This document shows, in pieces, positions 1 to 9,149 of a stretch of DNA of 32,000 nucleotides (the stretch's first letter is position 1; the number at the start of each line of letters is the position of its first letter). A model generated the notes under the pieces. The model was not told the origin of the DNA. It ran no database searches and saw only the letters and a program-made list of their open reading frames with translations. The stretch covers positions 360,001 through 392,000 of the forward strand of contig NZ_AP023215.1 in the NCBI RefSeq assembly GCF_016593155.1, written 5' to 3'. Both the position numbers and the translations under genes were made by a program. The DNA is from Candidatus Saccharimonadota bacterium. Lineage in GTDB: Bacteria; Pseudomonadota; Gammaproteobacteria; Burkholderiales; Burkholderiaceae.

Positions 1-1
1 T

Positions 2-949
2 ATTAATAATAAATTATCTTTATTAAATAATTCTAATATTGTTCTTATACGTCCTTTATTATATTGTTCGCGCCATGAGATTATACATTATGCAAAACTT
101 CATTCTCTTAGTTATTTACAAGATGAATCAAATAATAATATTCGTTATACAAGAAATATATTAAGATTATATGTTATGCCTTTGTTAAAAAAATTATTTC
201 CTGGATTTCAAAAAAGATTTTCACAATTTGCGTATCATGCACAATCTGCGGAAAAATTATTAACTTTATTAGCAGAAAAGGATCTTAAAGTATGTTTGAA
301 AGAAAAATCTCTTGATATTCGAATGATAAAAAAATTTGATTCTGATCGTGTAAAAAATTTATTACGTTATTGGCTTAATAAATATAATAAAAAAAAACCA
401 TCTGCAATTTGGTTAAATAAGTTATATAATCAAATTTTAGAAAATAATCATCATAAAAAAATATCTATAATGCACGCACAATATCATATAAAAAGCTATC
501 GTAATCAATTGTTTTGTTTAATAAAAGAAAAGGTGAGTAAAAATATAAATAAAAATGTAAATCAATTATTTATTTGGAATAACGAATCAAAAATAATATT
601 TTCTAATTTTAATGGAATTTTATATTTTTATCCGGTTACTGGTGGTGAAATTGGAATAAATGTACTCTGGTTAAGAAAACAACTTTTATTAATTAAAAGT
701 AAAACAGGAAAAGAACGATTGAAATTAACAAAGAATAGTTACAATAAAAATATTAAAAATTATTATAGAGAAATGAGTATTCCTCCATGGAATCGTTTTA
801 ATTTACCAATTATTTATGTTCAAAAGATTAATAATACTATATTTAATTTTGATAATATACTATATGCAGCTGGTATTGGAATAAATTATGTATATCAAAC
901 AAATAAAGGTGAGCGTATTCGTTTACATTGGATTGATTTAGATACTTAA
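2..949 (+). CDS. tilS: tRNA(Ile)-lysidine synthase, C-terminal part; the 5' end lies upstream of the window
   Basis: The frame of the listed 176..949 ORF stays open back to base 2. The upstream translation INNKLSLLNNSNIVLIRPLLYCSRHEIIHYAKLHSLSYLQDESNNNIRYTRNILR carries the TilS pattern RPLL...R.EI..Y.....DESN.....RN.IR. The ATG at 176 is therefore internal. Confidence 0.85.
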   Translation: MNNKLSLLNNSNIVLIRPLLYCSRHEIIHYAKLHSLSYLQDESNNNIRYTRNILRLYVMPLLKKLFPGFQKRFSQFAYHAQSAEKLLTLLAEKDLKVCLKEKSLDIRMIKKFDSDRVKNLLRYWLNKYNKKKPSAIWLNKLYNQILENNHHKKISIMHAQYHIKSYRNQLFCLIKEKVSKNINKNVNQLFIWNNESKIIFSNFNGILYFYPVTGGEIGINVLWLRKQLLLIKSKTGKERLKLTKNSYNKNIKNYYREMSIPPWNRFNLPIIYVQKINNTIFNFDNILYAAGIGINYVYQTNKGERIRLHWIDLDT

Positions 950-1028
950 ATATTATTATTTTTAAATATATATAAATATCCTCTATAATAATATAAAAAA
1001 TATTTTTTAAATATTAAAAATAAAAATT

Positions 1029-1265
1029 ATGAAATATATTGTGAATTGTATTAAATTAAATTGTAAAGAAGAAGGATTAGATTCTCCTCCATTTCCAGGG
1101 GAAATAGGAAAAAAAATATGGAAAAATGTTTCAAGAAAAGCTTGGTCTTCATGGTTAAAGTATCAAACTATATTAATTAATGAAAATCGTTTAAATCTTT
1201 CTGAGGCTGGTCATAGAAAATATTTAATTAATCAAATGAAATATTATTTTTTTAATGATAAATGA
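1029..1265 (+). CDS. yggX: Fe(2+)-trafficking protein, YggX family
   Basis: 78 aa. FPGEIGKKIWKNVSRKAWSSWLKYQTILINENRLNLSEAGHRKYL is collinear with E. coli YggX as I recall it ([45 protein letters not shown]). It ends in a TGA stop. Confidence 0.85.
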   Translation: MKYIVNCIKLNCKEEGLDSPPFPGEIGKKIWKNVSRKAWSSWLKYQTILINENRLNLSEAGHRKYLINQMKYYFFNDK

Positions 1266-1290
1266 ATTTATATTAAATAAATTTTATTTA

Positions 1291-1965
1291 TTAAAATAAT
1301 AATTTTTTTACATTATTTCTTAATCCGAGTAAGCAAATATCTGCTTTTCTAATGGCAAATAAACCAACTGTAACTACACCCGGAATTTGATTAATAGTTT
1401 TTTCAAGATATATAGGATTAATAATTTTTAATCCCGTTACATCAACAATAAAACAAAAATTATCAGTTATAAATGGTTTTCCATTTTTAAGGCGTAAATT
1501 TGGATTTCCTCCTAATTTGATTAATTTACGCGAAATAGATGAGCTTGCCATTGGAATTACCTCAATTGGTAATGGGCATGTATTGCCTAAATATTTTACT
1601 AATTTTGATTCTTCTGCTATGCAAATTATTTTTTCAGATACTGAGGCGATAATTTTTTCTCGAGTTAATGCTCCTTTTCCGCCTTTAATCATTATTCCAT
1701 TTTCATTAATTTCATCTGCACTATCTATATATAGAGGTAAATGATATACTTGATTTAATTCAATTACATTAATACCATTTTTATATAATTTTTTTGCAGT
1801 TGCTCTTGATGAAGCAACTGCACCTTTTATGGAGTAACTTATTTTTTTTAGTTCATCAATTAAAAAATTAATAGTTGATCCGCTTCCGATTCCAATATAA
1901 TCGTTATTGAGAATATAATTAATTGCATAATTCGCAATCATTTTTTTTATTTTTTCTGTTTCCAT
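1291..1965 (-). CDS. rpiA: ribose-5-phosphate isomerase A
   Basis: 224 aa. It has the N-terminal GIGSGST motif and the DSADEI...KGGKGALTREKI block typical of RpiA. The length is typical. Confidence 0.9.
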   Translation of the reverse strand: METEKIKKMIANYAINYILNNDYIGIGSGSTINFLIDELKKISYSIKGAVASSRATAKKLYKNGINVIELNQVYHLPLYIDSADEINENGIMIKGGKGALTREKIIASVSEKIICIAEESKLVKYLGNTCPLPIEVIPMASSSISRKLIKLGGNPNLRLKNGKPFITDNFCFIVDVTGLKIINPIYLEKTINQIPGVVTVGLFAIRKADICLLGLRNNVKKLLF

Positions 1966-2021
1966 TTTTATAAGAAATTATATTTTATTTTTTAAAATTT
2001 TTATTTTTAATATTTTTTTAA

Positions 2022-2321
2022 TTATAATCCATGCTGGATTTCCGATTGCTGTTGCTTCGGGTAGAACTTATTTTAATAAAAGTATTAAAAAAACTACTTA
2101 AAAACTTATGTTTCCGCTTAATATAATAAAAACCATATCTTAATACTGGTGATTTTACGATTTTTATAAGTGATAATTTACCAAGTATTACCCCTTAATA
2201 ATAAATTGTATAAAATTATAGAATTATTAGTAATTTCAGCTGTTTTTTTAATGACTATGCCAAAATCATAATCAATAAATACTCGTTTTTCAATTTTAGC
2301 CCCAGGACGAATTAAGAGATA
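2022..2321 (-). pseudogene. cysE: serine O-acetyltransferase relic: C-terminal hexapeptide-repeat half only, with multiple in-frame stops
   Basis: A single minus-strand frame reads YLLIRPGAKIEKRVFIDYDFGIVIKKTAEITNNSIILYNLLLRGNTW*IITYKNRKITSIKIWFLLY*AET*VFK*FF*YFY*NKFYPKQQQSEIQHGL*. This is collinear with the CysE core IHPAAKIGRGIMLDHATGIVVGETAVIENDVSILQSVTLGGTGK... There is no room for the N-terminal half, because the rlmB stop is at 2341. Confidence 0.65.
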
Positions 2322-2340
2322 AATTTAATATATTTTTAAA

Positions 2341-3087
2341 TTAAATATTAATCATTCTTTGGCGACGTGCTTCAAATAAAATTATACCAGAAGCAACTGA
2401 AACATTTAAACTTTCTATTAATCCAAACATGGGAATATTAATTAATATATCACAATTTTTTTTTGTTAAGCGACGAAGTCCTTTTTTTTCTGATCCCATA
2501 ATGATAGCCGAGGAAGTAGAAAAATTAGTATTATATAAACTTTTTTTTGATTTATTACTGGTACCAATTAAATAAATATTACGTTCCTTTAATTTACGTA
2601 GGGTATTAGATAAATTAGTAACAGTAAAATATGGTATTGTTTCAATTGCTCCACTGGAAACTTTAGCCACTGTCGCGTTTAAACCAACTGAATTATTTTT
2701 AGTAGCAATAATTGCGTGTGATCCAGCTCCATCTGCAACACGTAAACATGCTCCTAAATTATGAGGATCAGTAATTTCATCAAGTATTAATAGCAATAAT
2801 GGCTCCTTGATAGAGTCTAATAATTTATAAAGATTTCTCTTAAAAGAAAATTCTTTAATTTTAGCGACTACTCCTTGATGATTATGTGTTTTTGCTATGT
2901 GAAATAATTTTTTATTATTTATTGAAATTATATGAACATTAGCAGATTTTGCATTTGTAATTATATTTTTCATTCGATTATCATTCCGTGAAATATCAAT
3001 ATATAATGTTTTTATTGAAGATGCGTCTTGAATAATTTTTGAATTTATTGCATGAAAACCAAATATTATTTTTTCTTTTATATACAT
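2341..3087 (-). CDS. rlmB: 23S rRNA (guanosine-2'-O)-methyltransferase RlmB (SpoU/TrmH family)
   Basis: 248 aa, collinear with E. coli RlmB. Matching blocks are ILDEITDPHNLGACLRVADGAG, LNATVAKVSSGAIETIP..VTNL, IMGSEKKGLRRLT...CD.LI.IPM.G...SLNVSVA.GI.LFEA.RQR. Confidence 0.9.
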   Translation of the reverse strand: MYIKEKIIFGFHAINSKIIQDASSIKTLYIDISRNDNRMKNIITNAKSANVHIISINNKKLFHIAKTHNHQGVVAKIKEFSFKRNLYKLLDSIKEPLLLLILDEITDPHNLGACLRVADGAGSHAIIATKNNSVGLNATVAKVSSGAIETIPYFTVTNLSNTLRKLKERNIYLIGTSNKSKKSLYNTNFSTSSAIIMGSEKKGLRRLTKKNCDILINIPMFGLIESLNVSVASGIILFEARRQRMINI

Positions 3088-3168
3088 ATTTTTAAAAATA
3101 TATTTTAATGTTAAAATTAGTCTAGATATTAATTTTAATGTACAATGTTAATAATAAAAATTTTATTT

Positions 3169-3255
3169 ACCCATGTGGCGAAATTGGTAGACGCGCATAG
3201 TTCAGGACTATGTTTTTCAAAAAAGATATTGGGGGTTCAATTCCCCCCTTGGGTA
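3169..3255 (+). tRNA. tRNA-Leu (anticodon CAG), type II with a long variable arm; CCA not encoded
   Basis: Hand-folded as follows: acceptor ACCCATG/CTTGGGT (one U-U mismatch); D arm GCG-AAATTGGTAGA-CGC; anticodon stem CATAG/CTATG with loop TTCAGGA; 18-nt variable region; T arm GGGGG-TTCAATT-CCCCC. It closely parallels E. coli tRNA-Leu(CAG). Confidence 0.9.
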
Positions 3256-3305
3256 AAATAAAATTGATATAAAAAATTAAGTAAATATTATAAAGTATAA
3301 TTGTT

Positions 3306-4287
3306 TTAATTTTTAATTTTTAATAAAATTTTTCCTATATGCGCGCTACTTTCTATAAGTAAATGTGCTGCACTAGCTTTAGAAAGAGGAAAAACTTTAT
3401 AAATTATTGGTTTACATCGTTCTTTTTTTTAAAATTTTCCATATTTTTTTTAATTTCTTTGCAAATTTTTGATTTTTCCGTAATTGTACGGGAACGCAGG
3501 GTAGATCTAGTAAATATTAATCTCTTAATCATAATAGGGCATGGCATTAATTTTAGCTATACTATTTTTCATAAAACCAATTTGAATTAAGCGTCCTTCT
3601 AATGCTAATAATTTAATATTTTTATCGATATAATTTCCTTCAATTATATCTAAAATAACATTTATATATTTTTTTTATTATTAGTTTTAATTTTTTTTAA
3701 AAAATCATTTTTTTTATAATTAATTACCAAATCAATTCCTATTTTTTTATAAAAAATATATTTTTTATAACTACCAATAGTAGTAATTACATGCGCTCCA
3801 AATTTTTTTGCTAATTGTAGGGCAGTAATTCCTATCCCACTCGTTCCTCCATGAACAAGTAATGTTTTATTTTTTTTTAAATTTCCACGATTAAAAAGGT
3901 TATCCCAAACAGTAAGATAATTTTCTAGAAGCGCTGCAGCCTCCATCATGTTTAAATTTTTTGGAATTGGTAAACAATGTAAAGCCGAACAAGTACAATA
4001 TGTTGCATAACCACCTCCCGGGGTAAGTGCACATATTTTATAACTAATTTTAAATTCTATTACATCAGAAGATTTATCAATTATTATGCCAGATACTTCT
4101 AAACCTAATATTTTTGATGCATTTAATGGCGCAGATATTGTCCGGAACGTTGAAGAATATCAGGTCTATTAACACCTGCAGAATATACTTCAATTAAAAC
4201 TTCTCCATTTTTTAATGTTGGTATTTTTGATTGAGATAATCGCATGAAATTAGCGCTTTTGCCATTACAGTGTTTTATATAATACAT
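3306..4287 (-). pseudogene. qor: NADPH:quinone oxidoreductase (zinc-type alcohol dehydrogenase superfamily), full length but inactivated
   Basis: About 327 codons can be reconstructed from MYYIKHCNGKS... to ...HIGKILLKIKN*. There is a 1-nt deletion near 4133-4135: GQY then frame change to APLNASKILGLEVSG. There is a second frame change inside an A8 run (T8 on the plus strand, 3669..3676). Four in-frame stops lie at 3525-3527, 3507-3509, 3450-3452 and 3429-3431. The listed ORF 3662..3949 is only the middle fragment (HGGTSGIG Rossmann motif). Confidence 0.9.
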
Positions 4288-4465
4288 TTTTAAAATTACC
4301 AAATATTTATGAAAGAATATTTTTATACATAATTTTTTGAAAAAATAATATCTATATTATAAAAATTAATAATTAAATCATAATAATATTATAAAAATTT
4401 TTACAGATAATCTGATTATCATATAAAATTTTTTATGTTTCAAATTTAACTATATAAGGATGGAA

Positions 4466-5218
4466 ATGAAAATATTAGTACCAATTAAAAGAGTGGTTGA
4501 TTATAATACGAAAGTTCATATAAAACCAGATTATACTAATGTTGATATTAGTAATATTAAAATGTCAATAAATCCATTTGATGAAATAGCAATTGAAGCA
4601 GCGATACGTTTACGTGAATCCGGTAAAGCAAAAGAAGTAATTGCGGTATCTTGTGGTAATAAAAAATGTAAAGAAATATTACAAATAGCTATGGCAATGG
4701 GTGTTGATCGTTCGATTTTAATTGAAACAGATATAGCATTACAATCTTTATCGGTAGCGAAATTACTTAAAGTTATTGTAAAAAAAGAAAATCCACAATT
4801 AATTATTCTTGGAAAACAAGCAATTGATAATGATAATAATCAAACAGGTCAAATGTTAGCAGCATTACTTAATTGGCCACAAGCAACTTTTGTATCTCAA
4901 ATTTTTCTAAAAAAAAATAATAAAATTATAGTTACTCAAGAAATTGAATATGGCAAGGAAAAAATTTTATTATCTTTACCGGCTATAATAACCACTGACT
5001 TAAGAATGAATGAACCTCGTTATGTTACATTAATGAATATTATAAAAGCCAGGAAAAAAAACATTAATATATTTAAAATAGATGAATTAAATGTTAATAT
5101 CAAAACAGGACTGAAGATTATAAAAGTAAAAGAATCGCATAAAAATAATTTAGGCGTAAAAGTAAAAAATGTTATTGAATTAATTGATAAATTAAAAAAT
5201 GAAGCTAAAATTATATAA
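4466..5218 (+). CDS. etfB: electron transfer flavoprotein, beta subunit
   Basis: MKILVPIKRVVDYNTKVHIK... is the canonical EtfB N-terminus. AAGGA at 4456..4460 sits 5 nt before this ATG. The ORF track start at 4460 adds ME and overlaps the SD, so it is less likely. Confidence 0.9.
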   Translation: MKILVPIKRVVDYNTKVHIKPDYTNVDISNIKMSINPFDEIAIEAAIRLRESGKAKEVIAVSCGNKKCKEILQIAMAMGVDRSILIETDIALQSLSVAKLLKVIVKKENPQLIILGKQAIDNDNNQTGQMLAALLNWPQATFVSQIFLKKNNKIIVTQEIEYGKEKILLSLPAIITTDLRMNEPRYVTLMNIIKARKKNINIFKIDELNVNIKTGLKIIKVKESHKNNLGVKVKNVIELIDKLKNEAKII

Positions 5219-5239
5219 TTTTTTAAGGTCTTTTAAATT

Positions 5240-6178
5240 ATGCCGGCACTTGTAATTGCAGAACATGATAATTCTTATCTTAAAATAAGTACATTAAATA
5301 CTGTTACCGCTGCAACTTTATGTAGCAATGAAATTCATATATTAATTATTGGGTATAATATTGAAAAAGTAATACTTGATGCAAAAAAAGTCAATAATAT
5401 AAAAAAAATTTTATTAGTTGATTCGTTATGTTTTTCCAATAAGCTACCTGAAAATATAGCAACACAAATATCAGTTATAGCTTCTAATTACAGTCATATA
5501 TTAGCTCCTGCAACTATATATGGAAAAAATATTTTACCTCGTGTAGCTGCGTTATTAGATGTAATGCAAATTTCTGAAATTACTAAAGTTTGTAACTCAA
5601 ATACCTTTGAAAGACCAATATATGCCGGAAGTATTATAGCTACTGTTCAATCTACAGATATAATAAAAGTAATTACTGTTCGTACCACTAGTTTTGTTGC
5701 CGCAAAAAAAGAAGGAAATAAAGCTATTATTGAGATAATTTCAAAAATTAATTATTTTAGTAATACTGCATCAATTTTTATATCTAGAGAATTAATAAAA
5801 TCAAAACGCCCAGAATTAACTTCGGCAAAAATTGTTATTGCTGGAGGAAGAGGACTGGGTTCATCTAAAAATTTTAAAATTCTTGAGGAACTTGCTGATA
5901 AACTTAATGCTGCTATAGGAGCATCGCGAGCAGCAGTTGATGCTGGTTATATATCAAATAATTTTCAAGTTGGACAAACTGGAAAAATTGTAGCACCACA
6001 ATTATATATTGCTATAGGTATTTCTGGTGCTATTCAACATTTATCTGGAATGAAAGATTCTAAAATAATAGTTGCTATTAATCAAGATAAAGATGCGCCT
6101 ATTTTTGATATATCTGATTATGGTTTAGTTGGGGATTTATTTGAAATTATACCAAAATTTATAAAGTATTTAACTTAA
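5240..6178 (+). CDS. etfA: electron transfer flavoprotein, alpha subunit
   Basis: 312 aa. The C-terminal FAD-binding block is intact: AGGRGLGS...IGASRAAVDAGY.....QVGQTGKIVAPQLYIAIGISGAIQHLSGMKDSK.IVAIN.D..APIF. It lies 21 nt downstream of etfB. Confidence 0.92.
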   Translation: MPALVIAEHDNSYLKISTLNTVTAATLCSNEIHILIIGYNIEKVILDAKKVNNIKKILLVDSLCFSNKLPENIATQISVIASNYSHILAPATIYGKNILPRVAALLDVMQISEITKVCNSNTFERPIYAGSIIATVQSTDIIKVITVRTTSFVAAKKEGNKAIIEIISKINYFSNTASIFISRELIKSKRPELTSAKIVIAGGRGLGSSKNFKILEELADKLNAAIGASRAAVDAGYISNNFQVGQTGKIVAPQLYIAIGISGAIQHLSGMKDSKIIVAINQDKDAPIFDISDYGLVGDLFEIIPKFIKYLT

Positions 6179-6701
6179 AAATTTAAAAAATAAAATATTA
6201 TTTTTATTCAAATTTCTTAGTAATAGAAAATAATGTATCATTAAAATCTTTTTTTATATAAAATTGTAGAATTTTTAATTCGTATCATGTGCATTTATAT
6301 TTTTATATCGAATAATTGGTTGTTTTATATAAAAATTGTATTTTCAATAAGAACCATAAATTCGTTCGCAAATCTTTCTGAAGTCTATGGTTGATAACAA
6401 TTTTTTTTGATAAAATTATACTAAACTACTTTACAAAAGTATTTGATGTTTTTTAATATTATAACAACCATATTCAAATATTTCTTCCTTGAGAATTTGA
6501 GTTAATTTTTCTTTAGGGTAACAAATTAAGATCGCTTTAGATATTTTTTACTATAATTTTATTTAATTTATTTTGGTTAAATTTTTAGTAAAAAATACTA
6601 TATCTATAAAATTTTTTAATTAAAGTAATATCATATTAGGAATTAAAGAATATAAAAAGAATATAATACTTTCATATAATAAATTAAATAATATTTTATT
6701 A

Positions 6702-6775
<74 letters not shown>

Positions 6776-6846
6776 TCATTTTAATAATATTACTTATTTA
6801 TATTATATTTGTCAATATTTAAAATATAATTTATTTTTTAAAATAA

Positions 6847-7833
6847 TTAATATAATTGTATTTTATTATTTTTAATTCCTAATATTGCATTTCCTAATCC
6901 AGTACCTATAGATATACCAAATTTTTTAAAAAATTTTTCAGAAAAATTATCTGTTTTAGTATAATTAATAATTTTTTTTTCTTTTAAAACGTTATTAGCA
7001 ACACTGAAAATTGTTCCATAATCATCAACTAAACCAAGTTCAATAGCTCTACTACCAGTCCAAAATATACCAGAAAAAAGATCTGGAACTTTTTTTAATC
7101 GATTTCCTCTACCAGTATATACAGAATCTATAAACTGTTTATGAATATCATGTAATATTTTTTCAATATATTTTTTTTGTTTAAAGTCAAGCGGACTAAA
7201 TGGATCTAATATACCCTTATTTTTACCAGATATTAATAATCTTCTTTCAATTCCTAATTTATTCATTAATCCCGTAAAACCAAAATTATCCATTAATACT
7301 CCAATTGACCCAACAATACTAGATTTATTAACATAAATTTTATTTGCCGCAGAAGCAATATAATAACTTCCAGATGTACAAATTTCTTCTACTACTGCAT
7401 ATAATGGTTTATTCGGATATATTTTTTTTAAACGCATTATTTCATCATAAATAAGACTAGCTTGTACTGGAGTTCCTCCTGGGCTATTTATACGCAATAT
7501 AATTCCCACAGAATTATTGGAAGAAAAAGCTTTATTTAATGCCGGTATTATTCTTTCAGCAGAACTATATGTATCTGGTTGAATTATATTTTTAATATCT
7601 ATTAAGGCAGTATGTTTAATTTTTACTTTATTATTAGAGCAATAAAGTATATTAAAAATAATATATATTATTAGCATAAAAGAAGATATTTTAAAAAAAA
7701 TTCCCCAACGATGTTTTGATTGTTGTTGACGAATATTAAGCATTGCTATTTTTTTTAATGTATCTTTTTCCCAATTATTTTTATTTATTTGAGATAAATT
7801 TGATTTTATTTTTAATTTTTTTTCGTTATCCAT
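6847..7833 (-). CDS. sppA: signal peptide peptidase SppA, 36K type (S49 family)
   Basis: 328 aa. It has an N-terminal membrane segment (WGIFFKISSFMLIIYIIFNILY) and S49 blocks INSPGG, ASGSYYIASAANKIYV...S.VGSIGV, and DDYG near the C-terminus. Confidence 0.85.
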   Translation of the reverse strand: MDNEKKLKIKSNLSQINKNNWEKDTLKKIAMLNIRQQQSKHRWGIFFKISSFMLIIYIIFNILYCSNNKVKIKHTALIDIKNIIQPDTYSSAERIIPALNKAFSSNNSVGIILRINSPGGTPVQASLIYDEIMRLKKIYPNKPLYAVVEEICTSGSYYIASAANKIYVNKSSIVGSIGVLMDNFGFTGLMNKLGIERRLLISGKNKGILDPFSPLDFKQKKYIEKILHDIHKQFIDSVYTGRGNRLKKVPDLFSGIFWTGSRAIELGLVDDYGTIFSVANNVLKEKKIINYTKTDNFSEKFFKKFGISIGTGLGNAILGIKNNKIQLY

Positions 7834-7874
7834 TTTTTGATTTATATTTATTTTGTTTATAAAAATAAAAAATT

Positions 7875-8843
7875 TTATTTTTTTATTAAATTTTTTAAAA
7901 ATTTTTTACATTCTAATGGTAATGATGATTTTAATTTTATGATTTTTCTATCTTCTGGGTGAAAAAAGGTAATTTGAGAAGCATGAAGAAACATTCTATT
8001 AAAATAATGTGTTGATTTTTTTAAGTTTTTATTTAAAAAAAAATTACCATATTTATTATCTCCAACAACAGAAAAACCAATTTTTGATAAGTGAACTCGT
8101 ATTTGATGAGTACGTCCAGTTTTTAATTCTGCTTCTAATAGTGTGTATTTTTTTCCATAATGACACTTTAAAGAAAAAATTGTATGAGATGCTTTTCCTC
8201 CATGTTCTGTGACTGTTACTCGTCTATTTCCATCTTTAGAAATATATTTATAAAGTGAATATTTAATATGTTGACGCTTATTAATCCAATTTCCATTTAC
8301 TAATACTAAATAGCGTTTATCAATATAACCGGATCGTATTTGTTCATGAAGATTAATTAAAGCAGTTCTTTTTTTAGCTAATAATAATATACCAGAAGTA
8401 TCACGATCTAAGCGATGTACTAATTCTAAAAATTTAGATTTTGGTCTTAATATTCTTAATTGCTCTATAACACCCCAACTAATACCAGATCCTCCGTGAA
8501 CAGCAATACCAGAAGGTTTTTCAATTATAAGTAAATAATTATCTTCTAATAATATTTTAAATTTTATATTAACAATTTTATTTACTATTTTTTTTTCAAT
8601 TTTTATTGGACGTGATATTTCTATAATATCATTTTTTTTTAAACGATAAGTTTGATTAATACGGTTTTTATTGATATACACCTCACCAGATCGTAAAATT
8701 TTATAAATATGACTTCTAGGAACTTTACGACAAACACGTAATAAAAAATTATCAATTCTTTGCCCGGCATTTTCTTCAAGAGTAGTAAATTTTTGTATTG
8801 ATATTGATGATTTAATATTATTATTTAATTTAAGAATATTCAT
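7875..8843 (-). CDS. rluC: 23S rRNA pseudouridine synthase, RluC-type (RluA family with N-terminal S4 domain)
   Basis: 322 aa. It has an S4-like N-terminus (GQRIDNFL...SHIYKILRSGEV.IN), the catalytic HRLDRDTSGILLLAK motif, and GRTHQIRVH. Confidence 0.85.
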   Translation of the reverse strand: MNILKLNNNIKSSISIQKFTTLEENAGQRIDNFLLRVCRKVPRSHIYKILRSGEVYINKNRINQTYRLKKNDIIEISRPIKIEKKIVNKIVNIKFKILLEDNYLLIIEKPSGIAVHGGSGISWGVIEQLRILRPKSKFLELVHRLDRDTSGILLLAKKRTALINLHEQIRSGYIDKRYLVLVNGNWINKRQHIKYSLYKYISKDGNRRVTVTEHGGKASHTIFSLKCHYGKKYTLLEAELKTGRTHQIRVHLSKIGFSVVGDNKYGNFFLNKNLKKSTHYFNRMFLHASQITFFHPEDRKIIKLKSSLPLECKKFLKNLIKK

Positions 8844-9149
8844 TTATATTTTAAAATTTTTAATATATCATTAAATTTAATTTTAATATATTATAAATTA
8901 AAATTTATTCTTAATATTTAAGTTGAATTTTATTAAGATAGTTTATTTATAATAGTTTTTATTAAATTAAATTTAATATTATAAATATAAAGTTTTTGAT
9001 AACTTGTGAATAGGTAAATTATATTAATTTTTAATATATTTCATACTATATTCTTTTTCAGTTTTTTGATATTTAATATTTTTTTTAAAAATATTTTTTT
9101 AATACATAAATTATCTGTATTATTAGTATATTTTTTATTTTAATGACTT

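Noticed and set aside
1263-1265. Possible UGA-to-Trp recoding (genetic code 4), as in some extremely reduced symbionts
   Set aside because: TGA terminates yggX and rpmF exactly at their expected C-termini, and Trp positions in conserved proteins use TGG. The TGA codons inside the nth relic align with non-Trp residues of Nth. The standard code fits all intact genes.
1517-1744. ORF-track entries lying antisense inside well-supported genes: 1517..1744, 8009..8212, 10403..10612, 16165..16425, 16799..17020, 19334..19639, 23266..23517, 26147..26398, 30342..30542
   Set aside because: Each lies entirely within a confidently identified conserved gene on the other strand or in another frame. The translations are low-complexity (I/F/L/K/N rich) with no recognisable motif. 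These are shadow ORFs of the kind expected in A/T-rich DNA.
3363-3590. 75-aa plus-strand ORF, and the 95-aa minus-strand ORF 3662..3949, as independent genes
   Set aside because: 3662..3949 is the central fragment of the disrupted quinone oxidoreductase. 3363..3590 is antisense to the C-terminal part of that pseudogene. Neither is a stand-alone gene.
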